The notes under the pieces are model-generated. The model saw nothing but the letters and a program-made list of their open reading frames with translations, was not told the origin of the DNA and did no database searches. From Clostridia bacterium (lineage in GTDB: Bacteria; Bacillota; Clostridia; Oscillospirales; Acutalibacteraceae), in assembly GCA_017442445.1 (NCBI GenBank), contig JAFRZS010000042.1, positions 1 to 34,777 on the forward strand: DNA of 34,777 nucleotides, written 5' to 3'. A program made the translations under genes and the position numbers. This document shows positions 24,999 through 32,659 of this stretch, in pieces; positions within the stretch are counted from its first letter, which is position 1; each line of letters opens with the position of its first letter.

Positions 24999-27095
24999 AT
25001 GGATATTAAAATTGCAAGAAAAAGAGCAGAAGAACTTGTAAATCAGATGACCGCAGAAGAAAAAATGTCACAGCTTTTATATAATTCTCCTGCCATTGAA
25101 AGATTAGGTATTAAAGACTATAACTGGTGGAATGAAGCTTCCCACGGTGTTGCAAGAGCAGGTGTGGCAACAGTTTTTCCCCACGCTATTGCATTGGCTT
25201 CAACATTTAATCCGGAACTTATAAACACAGTTGCAGATGCAATATCAACAGAAGGAAGAGCAAAGTATAACAAGAGTATTGAGTTTGGTGACAGAGATAT
25301 TTTCAAGGGGCTTACATACTGGGCTCCTAACATAAATATATTCAGAGATCCCCGTTGGGGTAGAGGTCAGGAAACCTTTGGCGAAGACCCGTATCTTACA
25401 GCAATTTTAGCTGCAGAATTTATTGACGGAATACAGGGTGACGGAGAATTTTTAAAAGCCGCCGCCTGTGCAAAGCATTATGCGGTACATTCAGGTCCCG
25501 AAAGATTGCGCCATGAATTTGATGCAAAAGCAACAGAAAAAGATTTGTGGGAAACATATCTTCCTGCATTTGAATACACAGTTAAAAACGGTGTTATCGG
25601 TGTTATGGGTGCATACAACCGTACAAACGGAGAGCCTTGCTGTGCAAGTAAAAGGCTTATCGGTGAAATTCTCAGAGGTCAGTGGGGCTTTGAAGGTTAT
25701 TTCGTTTCTGACTGCGGAGCGATTGCAGATATTTCAGAGCATCACAAAGTTGTAGGAACCAAAAAAGAGGGTGCGGCTGAAGCACTCAAAAACGGTTGTA
25801 ACTTAAACTGCGGAGATACATACAAATATCTTATTGATGCATATGAAGAAGATCTTATTGACGATGATGATATCACAAATGCTGCAGTAATTTTATACAC
25901 AGTTCGTATTATGCTCGGCGAATTTGAGGAAAACCGTCCCTATTCCGATATCCCATATTCAAAGGTTGACTGTAAAGAACATAAGGAATTAAATCTCAAA
26001 GCGGCTAAAGAAAGTCTTGTGCTTTTAAAGAATGATAACTACTTACCGCTTAAAGATAATCAGCCGAAAAAAATTGCCGTTGTAGGCCCCAATGCTATGT
26101 CAAGAGAGGTGCTTGAAGGCAACTATAACGGTCATGCTTCAGAATATATAACAGTTGCAGACGGTGTGCGCAGAGTGTTTACCGACTCTGATATTATTGT
26201 TGCAACAGGTTCAAATATCTATGTTGAACAGCTCAATTCATGGGACGGCGCGAGATATCTTCTGAGCGAAGGTCTTGCGGCGGCATCAGAAGCAGATTTA
26301 ACAATTTTGTGCTTAGGTCTTAACAGACATTTTGAAGGTGAAGATACAGGTCACGATGACGATTTCTCAGATTACGGCGACAGAAAAACCCTCAACCTTC
26401 CCAAAACACAGATGAAACTTGCAGAAGCAGTTTGCGATGTTGCAAAAAATCTTGTGGTTGTAGTTATGTGCGGCAGTGCTACAGATGTCGGAGAAAAAGT
26501 AAGAAATCATGCAAAGGCAATTATTCACGGCTGGTATCCCGGTGCAGTGGGCGGTCTTGCGATTGCAGAGTTGATTGCAGGTGAATATTCACCCATGGGC
26601 AGATTGCCGCTTTCATTCTATCATGCAGACGGAAAAATGCCTTCATTTGAAGACTATAATATGGAAGGCAGAACATACCGATTCACAGATGAAAATATTC
26701 TCTATCCCTTCGGCTACGGTCTTACATATACAACTGTTGAATACAAAGATTTCAAAGTATTGTCGGCAGACGAAAATGAAATCTCTGTTGAGGTCACAAT
26801 GACAAACACAGGTGATTATGATACAGTTGAAAAAATGCAGATTTATTCTCACTACGATGACAGCAGAACAAAAACACCTTTATATCAGCTTTGCAAAATT
26901 GAGGCTGTTGAGATTAAATCAAACGAAACAAAAACAGTAACAACAACAATTGACCGCCACTGGATAAAGGCAGTTTTAGAAGACGGTGTGAGAGTGACAC
27001 CTGACGGAAAAATCACACTCTATGTCGGAGGCCACCAGCCTGACAAACTCAGCGAAAATCTCGCAGGTTATCCGTGCCTAAAGATTACATTATGA
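24999..27095 (+). CDS. glycoside hydrolase family 3 beta-glucosidase/beta-xylosidase (BglX-like)
   Basis: GH3 blocks: WWNEASHGV, FRDPRWGRGQETFGEDP, KHYAVHSGPE, nucleophile region GYFVSDCGAI, C-terminal sandwich and Fn3-like domains. AGGAGA RBS. 14-nt gap from the GHL6 gene. Confidence 0.92.
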   Translation: MDIKIARKRAEELVNQMTAEEKMSQLLYNSPAIERLGIKDYNWWNEASHGVARAGVATVFPHAIALASTFNPELINTVADAISTEGRAKYNKSIEFGDRDIFKGLTYWAPNINIFRDPRWGRGQETFGEDPYLTAILAAEFIDGIQGDGEFLKAAACAKHYAVHSGPERLRHEFDAKATEKDLWETYLPAFEYTVKNGVIGVMGAYNRTNGEPCCASKRLIGEILRGQWGFEGYFVSDCGAIADISEHHKVVGTKKEGAAEALKNGCNLNCGDTYKYLIDAYEEDLIDDDDITNAAVILYTVRIMLGEFEENRPYSDIPYSKVDCKEHKELNLKAAKESLVLLKNDNYLPLKDNQPKKIAVVGPNAMSREVLEGNYNGHASEYITVADGVRRVFTDSDIIVATGSNIYVEQLNSWDGARYLLSEGLAAASEADLTILCLGLNRHFEGEDTGHDDDFSDYGDRKTLNLPKTQMKLAEAVCDVAKNLVVVVMCGSATDVGEKVRNHAKAIIHGWYPGAVGGLAIAELIAGEYSPMGRLPLSFYHADGKMPSFEDYNMEGRTYRFTDENILYPFGYGLTYTTVEYKDFKVLSADENEISVEVTMTNTGDYDTVEKMQIYSHYDDSRTKTPLYQLCKIEAVEIKSNETKTVTTTIDRHWIKAVLEDGVRVTPDGKITLYVGGHQPDKLSENLAGYPCLKITL

Positions 27096-27110
27096 TTAAG
27101 AGATAAAAAA

Positions 27111-27134
27111 AATCGCACCTTTAAAGGTGCGATT
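27111..27134. terminator. bidirectional terminator (ends the hydrolase operon and pncB)
   Basis: AATCGCACCT TTAA AGGTGCGATT stem flanked by AAAAAAA upstream and TTTTTT downstream. Confidence 0.85.
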
Positions 27135-27137
27135 TTT

Positions 27138-28583
27138 TTAATTATTCTTTATCATTTGTTGTTTTTTGTCCCAGAGTTTTTGTGAGAGGTCAACATAGTA
27201 GTTGTGCGGATTTTCAAAACGGAGAACTTCTTCCCACATTGTGTCTATCTGCTCACAGCAGTAGTTTCTTATGTCTTCAATTGAGGGAGATTTTGCGATA
27301 TATTTTCCGTTTTCAAAAATCTTTTTAAGCAAAGGTCTTGCTACGAAGTTTGTAATCGTTTTCTTCTTCCAAGTGTAATCGGGATCAAAAATTTCAAGCG
27401 GTTTTGTGTCGTCAATTTCTTCATCGTGGCAGGTGATTAAATCTGCAATTGCCTTGCCGCTTTCTCTGGAGAAAAGACGCCATACTTTTTTATAATCGGG
27501 AGTTGAGATTTTTGCGACATTATCGGATAGCTTTATTTTCGGAATAATCTTTCCGTCTTTTTCTATTGCACAGAGCTTATAAACTCCGCCGAGTACGGGC
27601 GAAGATGAAGATGTAATAAGTCTTTCGCCTACACCGAAAAGGTCAACTGCCGCACCCTGCATGAGCATATCTCTTATGATGTATTCATCAAGCGAGTTTG
27701 ATGCAACGATTTTACAATCGGGGAAACCTGCTTCGTCAAGCATTTTTCGGGCTTTTTTGGAAAGATAGGTTATGTCACCGCTGTCTATTCTGACAGCTTT
27801 AGGTCTGTGACCGCCGGGGACAAGAATTTTATTGAATACCTCAATAGCATGGGGAATACCCGACTCAATAGTGTGATAGGTATCAACAAGCAAGGTGCAG
27901 TCATCGGGATATTTTTTTGCATATGCAGTAAATGCGTCAAGCTCTGTGTCAAACATCTGAACCCAGCTGTGTGCCATTGTGCCTGAAACGGGAATACCGA
28001 AATGTCTTCCGCAGAGAGTATTTGAGGTTGCAGAACAACCGCCGATATATGCGGCTCTGCCTCCGTAGATTGCCGCATCAAAGCTGTGCGCACGGCGTGA
28101 ACCGAATTCAAGAACATCTCTGCCTTCTGCAGCACGGACAATCCTGTTGGCTTTTGTTGCAATAAGACTCTGATAGTTTATGCAGAGTAAAACCATTGTT
28201 TCTATAAACTGAGCCTGAAGAAGAGGACCTCTTACCGTGATTATAGGTTCACCCGGGAAAATGGGTGTACCTTCGTCAACTGCCCATACGTCACAGGAAA
28301 ATTCAAAATTTCTGAGATAATCAAGAAATTTTTCATCAAATTCCAATGATCTCAGATATTCTATATCTTCTTCCTCAAACTTGAGGTTTTTGAGATAATC
28401 AACAAGCTGATGAAGTCCTGCCATCAGAACAAATCCGCCGTTGTCGGGAATTTTTCTGAAAAACATATCAAAGTAGGCAACAGTGTTTTCCATTGAATTT
28501 GAAAGATAGCCGTTTGCCATAGTGATTTCATAAAAATCGGTAAGCATGGCGAGATTTCTGTCATTTATCATTTGGTTTTCCAT
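27138..28583 (-). CDS. pncB: nicotinate phosphoribosyltransferase
   Basis: NAPRT N-terminal signature NLAMLTDFYEITMANGY, plus SGTMAHSWVQ and EFGSRRAH blocks. 481 aa. Confidence 0.93.
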   Translation of the reverse strand: MENQMINDRNLAMLTDFYEITMANGYLSNSMENTVAYFDMFFRKIPDNGGFVLMAGLHQLVDYLKNLKFEEEDIEYLRSLEFDEKFLDYLRNFEFSCDVWAVDEGTPIFPGEPIITVRGPLLQAQFIETMVLLCINYQSLIATKANRIVRAAEGRDVLEFGSRRAHSFDAAIYGGRAAYIGGCSATSNTLCGRHFGIPVSGTMAHSWVQMFDTELDAFTAYAKKYPDDCTLLVDTYHTIESGIPHAIEVFNKILVPGGHRPKAVRIDSGDITYLSKKARKMLDEAGFPDCKIVASNSLDEYIIRDMLMQGAAVDLFGVGERLITSSSSPVLGGVYKLCAIEKDGKIIPKIKLSDNVAKISTPDYKKVWRLFSRESGKAIADLITCHDEEIDDTKPLEIFDPDYTWKKKTITNFVARPLLKKIFENGKYIAKSPSIEDIRNYCCEQIDTMWEEVLRFENPHNYYVDLSQKLWDKKQQMIKNN

Positions 28584-28710
28584 AGCCTTTCCGACTGCGG
28601 ATTTGTATTTTTTTGTGCCACGGTGCAGTCATACGGGGCGCAAAGTATATAAAATAAGGGGTTTATATTAGTTAAAGTTACAAAAAATTTCTAATTTTTG
28701 TTAATTGCTG

Positions 28711-28739
28711 TTGCAAAAACAAAAATATTGTGCTAAAAT
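28711..28739 (+). promoter_or_regulatory. sigmaA promoter for the XRE regulator gene
   Basis: TTGCAA (28711-28716), 17-nt spacer, TGc-TAAAAT (28731-28739). Confidence 0.5.
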
Positions 28740-28820
28740 AAACGCATGAGTTGATACTCGTAGGAAAGGTGTCAGCTTGAAAGACTAATAAGAAAGAAAA
28801 GATGGAAAGAAGGAGAAAAC

Positions 28821-29066
28821 TTGAGGATACGAAAACAATCTTTGGGAGACAAAAACATAGTGGGGGCAAAGGTTGAACAAAAGCGCAAAGCGATGGGAAT
28901 GAAACAGAAGGAGTTGCTTACTCAGCTTCAGATAAAAGGGATTGATCTTAACGCATCAGGTCTTTCAAAGCTTGAGGGTCAGTTGAGAAGTGTTTCTGAT
29001 ATTGAAACAAAGGCTCTTGCCGAAGTACTGGGTGTTTCTGTAAACTGGCTTCTCGGTATTGATTAA
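28821..29066 (+). CDS. XRE-family helix-turn-helix transcriptional regulator (81 aa, TTG start)
   Basis: HTH_3 pattern KVEQKRKAMGMKQKELLTQLQIKGIDLNASGLSKLEGQLRSVSDIETKALAEVLGVSVNWLL. AGGAGA lies 4 nt upstream of TTG 28821. No in-frame ATG lies upstream of the HTH. Confidence 0.75.
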   Translation: MRIRKQSLGDKNIVGAKVEQKRKAMGMKQKELLTQLQIKGIDLNASGLSKLEGQLRSVSDIETKALAEVLGVSVNWLLGID

Positions 29067-29836
29067 AGCAAGTCTATCAGTTTTTCAAGTCTTTCAACAG
29101 CGATAGTTGCTTTAATATCTGAGACAGTATAATCTTCTTCGGAGGTTACACCGGAAAAGACTAAAATTGATGTTATATTGTGGTCGCAACCAATTTTTAT
29201 ATCGGTTTCCAATCTGTCACCGATAAATGCAATTTCATCACGCTTGCATCCTACCAAATCAGTTACATAATCGACCGTAGGTGTCATGGGTTTGCCCAGT
29301 ACCTGCGGTCTTTTATTTGTAGAGGCATAGAAAAGTTCGATCATAGAACCTGTATCCGGCATAAAACCGTCTGCTGTGGGACAGTTGAAATCCGGATGTG
29401 TTGCAATATAAGTACATCCGTTTGCAATAAACATAGCGGCTTTTCTGATTTTTTCGTAAGTGAGAGTTGTGTCAAATCCCAGAACAACGATGTTGGGGTT
29501 ATCGTCAACCAATTCAATGCTTGACTTTTCAAATTCTGCAGTGAGTCTTTCGTTACCTAAAAGGTAAACGGTTTTACCGGGATAATTTTTTTCAATATAA
29601 TCTATTGATACATCGGTTGAAAGAATAATTTTTTCTTTCTCGATATCACAGCCGAGCTTTTTAAGTCTTTCGGCACATACAGTTTTATTGTTTGAGGAAT
29701 TGTTTGTAAAAAACATAAAATCTCTGCCGCTTTCCTTAACGGCTTTTAAAAAATCAAGAGAACCTTCAATGAGGTTGTCACCGAGATAAAATGTTCCGTC
29801 CATATCAATGATAAAATATTTTACTTTACTTAACAT
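29063..29836 (-). CDS. HAD-IIA subfamily phosphatase (NagD / pNPPase-like)
   Basis: HAD motif I IIDMDGT, motif II FFTNNSS, motif III Lys in LGKP, motif IV IGDRLETDI. GGTGA RBS precedes ATG 29836. Confidence 0.9.
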   Translation of the reverse strand: MLSKVKYFIIDMDGTFYLGDNLIEGSLDFLKAVKESGRDFMFFTNNSSNNKTVCAERLKKLGCDIEKEKIILSTDVSIDYIEKNYPGKTVYLLGNERLTAEFEKSSIELVDDNPNIVVLGFDTTLTYEKIRKAAMFIANGCTYIATHPDFNCPTADGFMPDTGSMIELFYASTNKRPQVLGKPMTPTVDYVTDLVGCKRDEIAFIGDRLETDIKIGCDHNITSILVFSGVTSEEDYTVSDIKATIAVERLEKLIDLL

Positions 29837-29857
29837 AATAATCACCGCCTGTGGATA

Positions 29858-29886
29858 ATTCTAACATAAAAAGTGTACGCAGTCAA
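29858..29886 (-). promoter_or_regulatory. sigmaA promoter for the HAD gene
   Basis: On the minus strand: TTGACT (29886-29881), 17-nt spacer ending in TGt, TAGAAT (29863-29858). Confidence 0.55.
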
Positions 29887-30010
29887 TGAATAAAAAGCTT
29901 GTAATAATAAAAAAACAAGCGTATAATTGAAGTGGAGGAAACCATTATTAAGCAGATTAAGAATGTGAATAACAGCTACAAGGTGCGCTCATTTATCTGC
30001 AAAAGAATTA

Positions 30011-30059
30011 TGTGAATATTACTCACGATTTGATATAATTCTACACTTTGTGATAAAAT
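30011..30059 (+). promoter_or_regulatory. tandem candidate promoters upstream of the AbrB-like gene
   Basis: TGa-TATAAT (30031-30039) and TTGATA-18-TGa-TAAAAT (30030-30059). The long 310-nt AT-rich leader region is typical of transition-state regulator genes. Confidence 0.45.
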
Positions 30060-30156
30060 TATCATTGATTGTGGGCGTATGCTTATAGCACATTAGACAG
30101 GAACGAAATTTACTATTGTCTGCCCTCAAAATTTAATATTTATTTAGGAGGCAATT

Positions 30157-30423
30157 ATGAAATCGCTTGGAATTGTAAGACCGATCGATAATGTTGGCCG
30201 TATCGTATTACCCAAGGAGCTCAGACGCTTATTTGACTTGGTTGACGATAAGGATTCGGTTGAAATCTTTGTAGAAGGTGATCAGATCATTTTGCGCAAG
30301 TACACACCTGCTTGTTCAATTTGCGGTTCTGCAGAAAAGGTTGTTGATTATAAAAATCATAAGCTTTGCAGTGATTGTATTGACAAGATTACAAAGATGA
30401 GAGACATTCAGTTCGCAGAATAA
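30157..30423 (+). CDS. AbrB/SpoVT-family transition-state regulator with C-terminal CxxC...CxxC zinc-ribbon-like tail
   Basis: The N-terminus MKSLGIVRPIDNVGRIVLPKELRRLFDL..D.VEIFVEGDQIILRKY is near-identical in pattern to AbrB swapped-hairpin domains. The C-terminus reads CSICGSAEKVVDYKNHKLCSDC. AGGAGG RBS. Confidence 0.9.
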   Translation: MKSLGIVRPIDNVGRIVLPKELRRLFDLVDDKDSVEIFVEGDQIILRKYTPACSICGSAEKVVDYKNHKLCSDCIDKITKMRDIQFAE

Positions 30424-30438
30424 AACTTTAAGCTATTG

Positions 30439-30474
30439 CCTGCCCCGATGTATCGGTGCAGGTTTGCTTTTTTT
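30439..30474 (+). terminator. rho-independent terminator after the AbrB-like gene
   Basis: CCTGCCCCGAT GTA TCGGTGCAGG stem with one mismatch, followed by TTTGCTTTTTTT. Confidence 0.75.
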
Positions 30475-30505
30475 CAGATAAAAAAACGGAAAGGAATGAA
30501 CTAAT

Positions 30506-31912
30506 ATGAAAGCGTTTATGGGAAAGGATTTTTTGTTGAATAATGAGGTTGCATCGACATTGTATTTCAATGCGGCAGCACCGATGCCGATTTTTGATTG
30601 GCATTGTCATTTATCGGCAAAAGAAATTTATGAAAACAAAACTCCGAAGGATATAACAGAGTTATGGCTCGGCGGAGATCATTACAAATGGCGTGCTATG
30701 AGAAGCATGGGTATTGATGAAAAATATATCACAGGCGATGCTGACAGTTTTGAAAAATTCAAAGCATTTGCAAAGACACTTTCTTATGCAATCGGCAATC
30801 CGCTTTATCATTGGGCGCATCTCGAATTACAGAGATATTTCAATATCTATACACCTTTGACAGAGGCTACTGCAAGAGAAATTTTTGATGAAGCAAACAT
30901 GGCAATAATCACGGGCGGATTTACTCCGAGAGAGCTTATAACATCATCAAATGTTGTATGTCTTTGCACAACAGATGACCCGGCAGACACACTTGAATAT
31001 CATCAGAAATTAGCAGAAGATGACAGCTTCAAATGTAAAGTATTACCTGCATTCAGACCCGACAAGGCATTATATATAGAACAGGAAGCCTTTACACCGT
31101 GGCTTGAAAGTCTTGAAGCAGTTTGCGAAAAAGCTATAAATAATTTTGATGATTTTATTGATGCTTTAAATTCAAGAATTGAATTTTTTGATTCACTCGG
31201 CTGTAAGGCATCTGACTGTTCGCTTTCGTATGTTCCTTTCGCAGAAGCTGATAAAGACGAAATTAACAGCATCTTTATAAAGGGCAAAAATAAAGAAGCT
31301 CTTACAAAAGAAGAGCTTGATAAGTATCGCACATATATGATTCAGTTCTTTGCAGAAAAATATGCAGAGAAGAATTGGGTAATGGAACTCCACATCGGCG
31401 CTATGAGAAACAACAATACACTCATGTTCAATAAGTTAGGTCCCGATGCAGGTTTTGACTCAATTGATGACTGTAATATCGCAGTAGGACTTTCAAGATT
31501 CCTGGACAGTGTTGCAGTAAAAGGAAAGCTTCCGAAAACTGTTTTATTCAATCTCAATCCCAAGGACAATTATGTTCTCGGAACAATGCTTGGCAATTTC
31601 CAGAGCAGTGAATGTGCATCAAAAATTCAGTTCGGTTCTGCATGGTGGTTCAACGATAACCTTGACGGCATGATGACACAGATGAAAACACTTGCAAACC
31701 TCGGTGTACTCGGCAAGTTTATCGGAATGGTAACAGACTCAAGAAGCTTCTTATCTTATCCCAGACACGAATATTTCAGAAGAATTGTCTGCGCACTTAT
31801 AGGCGATATGGTAGTAAACGGACTTTATCCCTGCGATGTTGAAATGCTTTCTGAAATCGTAAGCGGAATTTCCTACAAAAACGCAAAAGATTATTTCGGT
31901 CTGGAGCTGTAA
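30506..31912 (+). CDS. uxaC: glucuronate (uronate) isomerase
   Basis: Aligns by eye along the N-terminus with E. coli UxaC: FLL...PIFDWHCHL, GDHYKWRAMR, IGNPLYHWAHLEL. 468 aa. Confidence 0.93.
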   Translation: MKAFMGKDFLLNNEVASTLYFNAAAPMPIFDWHCHLSAKEIYENKTPKDITELWLGGDHYKWRAMRSMGIDEKYITGDADSFEKFKAFAKTLSYAIGNPLYHWAHLELQRYFNIYTPLTEATAREIFDEANMAIITGGFTPRELITSSNVVCLCTTDDPADTLEYHQKLAEDDSFKCKVLPAFRPDKALYIEQEAFTPWLESLEAVCEKAINNFDDFIDALNSRIEFFDSLGCKASDCSLSYVPFAEADKDEINSIFIKGKNKEALTKEELDKYRTYMIQFFAEKYAEKNWVMELHIGAMRNNNTLMFNKLGPDAGFDSIDDCNIAVGLSRFLDSVAVKGKLPKTVLFNLNPKDNYVLGTMLGNFQSSECASKIQFGSAWWFNDNLDGMMTQMKTLANLGVLGKFIGMVTDSRSFLSYPRHEYFRRIVCALIGDMVVNGLYPCDVEMLSEIVSGISYKNAKDYFGLEL

Positions 31913-31922
31913 AAAATATTAA

Positions 31923-31951
31923 GTCGGGTGGGCAAAGTCCACCCGACATTT
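31923..31951 (+). terminator. rho-independent terminator of uxaC
   Basis: GTCGGGTGG GCAAAGT CCACCCGAC followed by ATTTT. Confidence 0.75.
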
Positions 31952-31956
31952 TGCAT

Positions 31957-31992
31957 AAAAAACAGTCAGGAAGTTTTTCCTGACTGTTTTTT
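31957..31992 (-). terminator. terminator of the proB-proA-membrane protein operon
   Basis: AAAAAACAGTCAGG / CCTGACTGTTTTTT 14-bp stem. It overlaps the stop codon of the 31991 gene. Confidence 0.7.
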
Positions 31993-32644
31993 ATGCTGTT
32001 TCGGGAGGGATTGTATCTTGTAATGAAATTATGTGATATTTTCCGTCTTTTTCACTGAGAGATATCTTGACATACTTTGACGGCTGAGGTTCAATGAGCT
32101 TGGAATTTTCATCTGTTTCCCAATCACTGCTTCTGAGATATCCGACAGTCAGCGTTGTGATTTTACTGAACTTTGAAATACTGCAAACCTTCGGAGTGTA
32201 AATAGGTAAAACTCCCGTTACGGGAATGAGATAACCTTTCTGCGTTTCGTCATATACAAAATATTCGTTGACGGTTTTATGTTCGGGAGTGACTTCATTT
32301 CCGAAAAGTTTTTCAAAAGCCTTCTCAACATCCGATTGAGGAATTAAAATTCCGCCGTCGGAATAGGTGTACTTATCGGGAGAAAGATTATCACCCATAA
32401 GCGACCAGATTGAAGCTTCAATCAATTGTGATGTATCAGCCAAAGTGATATCATCAAACGGAGTCGGGTCATTCATAACTACCGGGGCAAGAAAAGCTTC
32501 ATATTCAGCCTTCTTTTCGGAGTTGTCTGCGGCATCTGAAATTTTCCCGACGATAAAAACAATTGAAACAACAACGCCTATTACCGCAAAAAGCATAACG
32601 ATAAAACCGATTATCAATGAAGAAATAGATCTTTTTTCAGCCAT
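31991..32644 (-). CDS. single-pass membrane protein of unknown function (217 aa)
   Basis: N-terminal TM helix (LIIGFIVMLFAVIGVVVSIVFIV) followed by a soluble domain with no recognisable motif. It starts 15 nt downstream of the proA stop. Confidence 0.75.
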   Translation of the reverse strand: MAEKRSISSLIIGFIVMLFAVIGVVVSIVFIVGKISDAADNSEKKAEYEAFLAPVVMNDPTPFDDITLADTSQLIEASIWSLMGDNLSPDKYTYSDGGILIPQSDVEKAFEKLFGNEVTPEHKTVNEYFVYDETQKGYLIPVTGVLPIYTPKVCSISKFSKITTLTVGYLRSSDWETDENSKLIEPQPSKYVKISLSEKDGKYHIISLQDTIPPETA

Positions 32645-32659
32645 ATTTTATCCAAGCCT

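Noticed and set aside
28584-28710. Possible riboswitch or leader upstream of pncB (NAD-related)
   Set aside because: Only a weak 6-bp GACTGC/GCAGTC pairing is visible, and there is no terminator or anti-terminator pair. The region does not resemble the NAD+ riboswitch classes I can recall. The space is mostly needed for the divergent promoters.
28802-28876. 24-aa upstream ORF (MERRRKLEDTKTIFGRQKHSGGKG) overlapping the XRE start in another frame
   Set aside because: It has no Shine-Dalgarno. The AGGAGA inside it is positioned to serve the TTG start of the XRE gene instead.
29932-30015. 27-codon ORF near a GGAGG in the abrB upstream region
   Set aside because: The GGAGG overlaps the GTG itself rather than preceding it, and the only properly spaced codon is ATT. 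This is more likely chance in an AT-rich regulatory region.
28821-30423. XRE (81 aa) and AbrB/MazE-fold (88 aa) small DNA-binding proteins considered as antitoxins of toxin-antitoxin or defence modules
   Set aside because: Neither has an adjacent small toxin ORF. The XRE gene runs into a convergent HAD phosphatase. The AbrB-like gene is monocistronic with its own terminator, and its sequence is that of a bona fide transition-state regulator.
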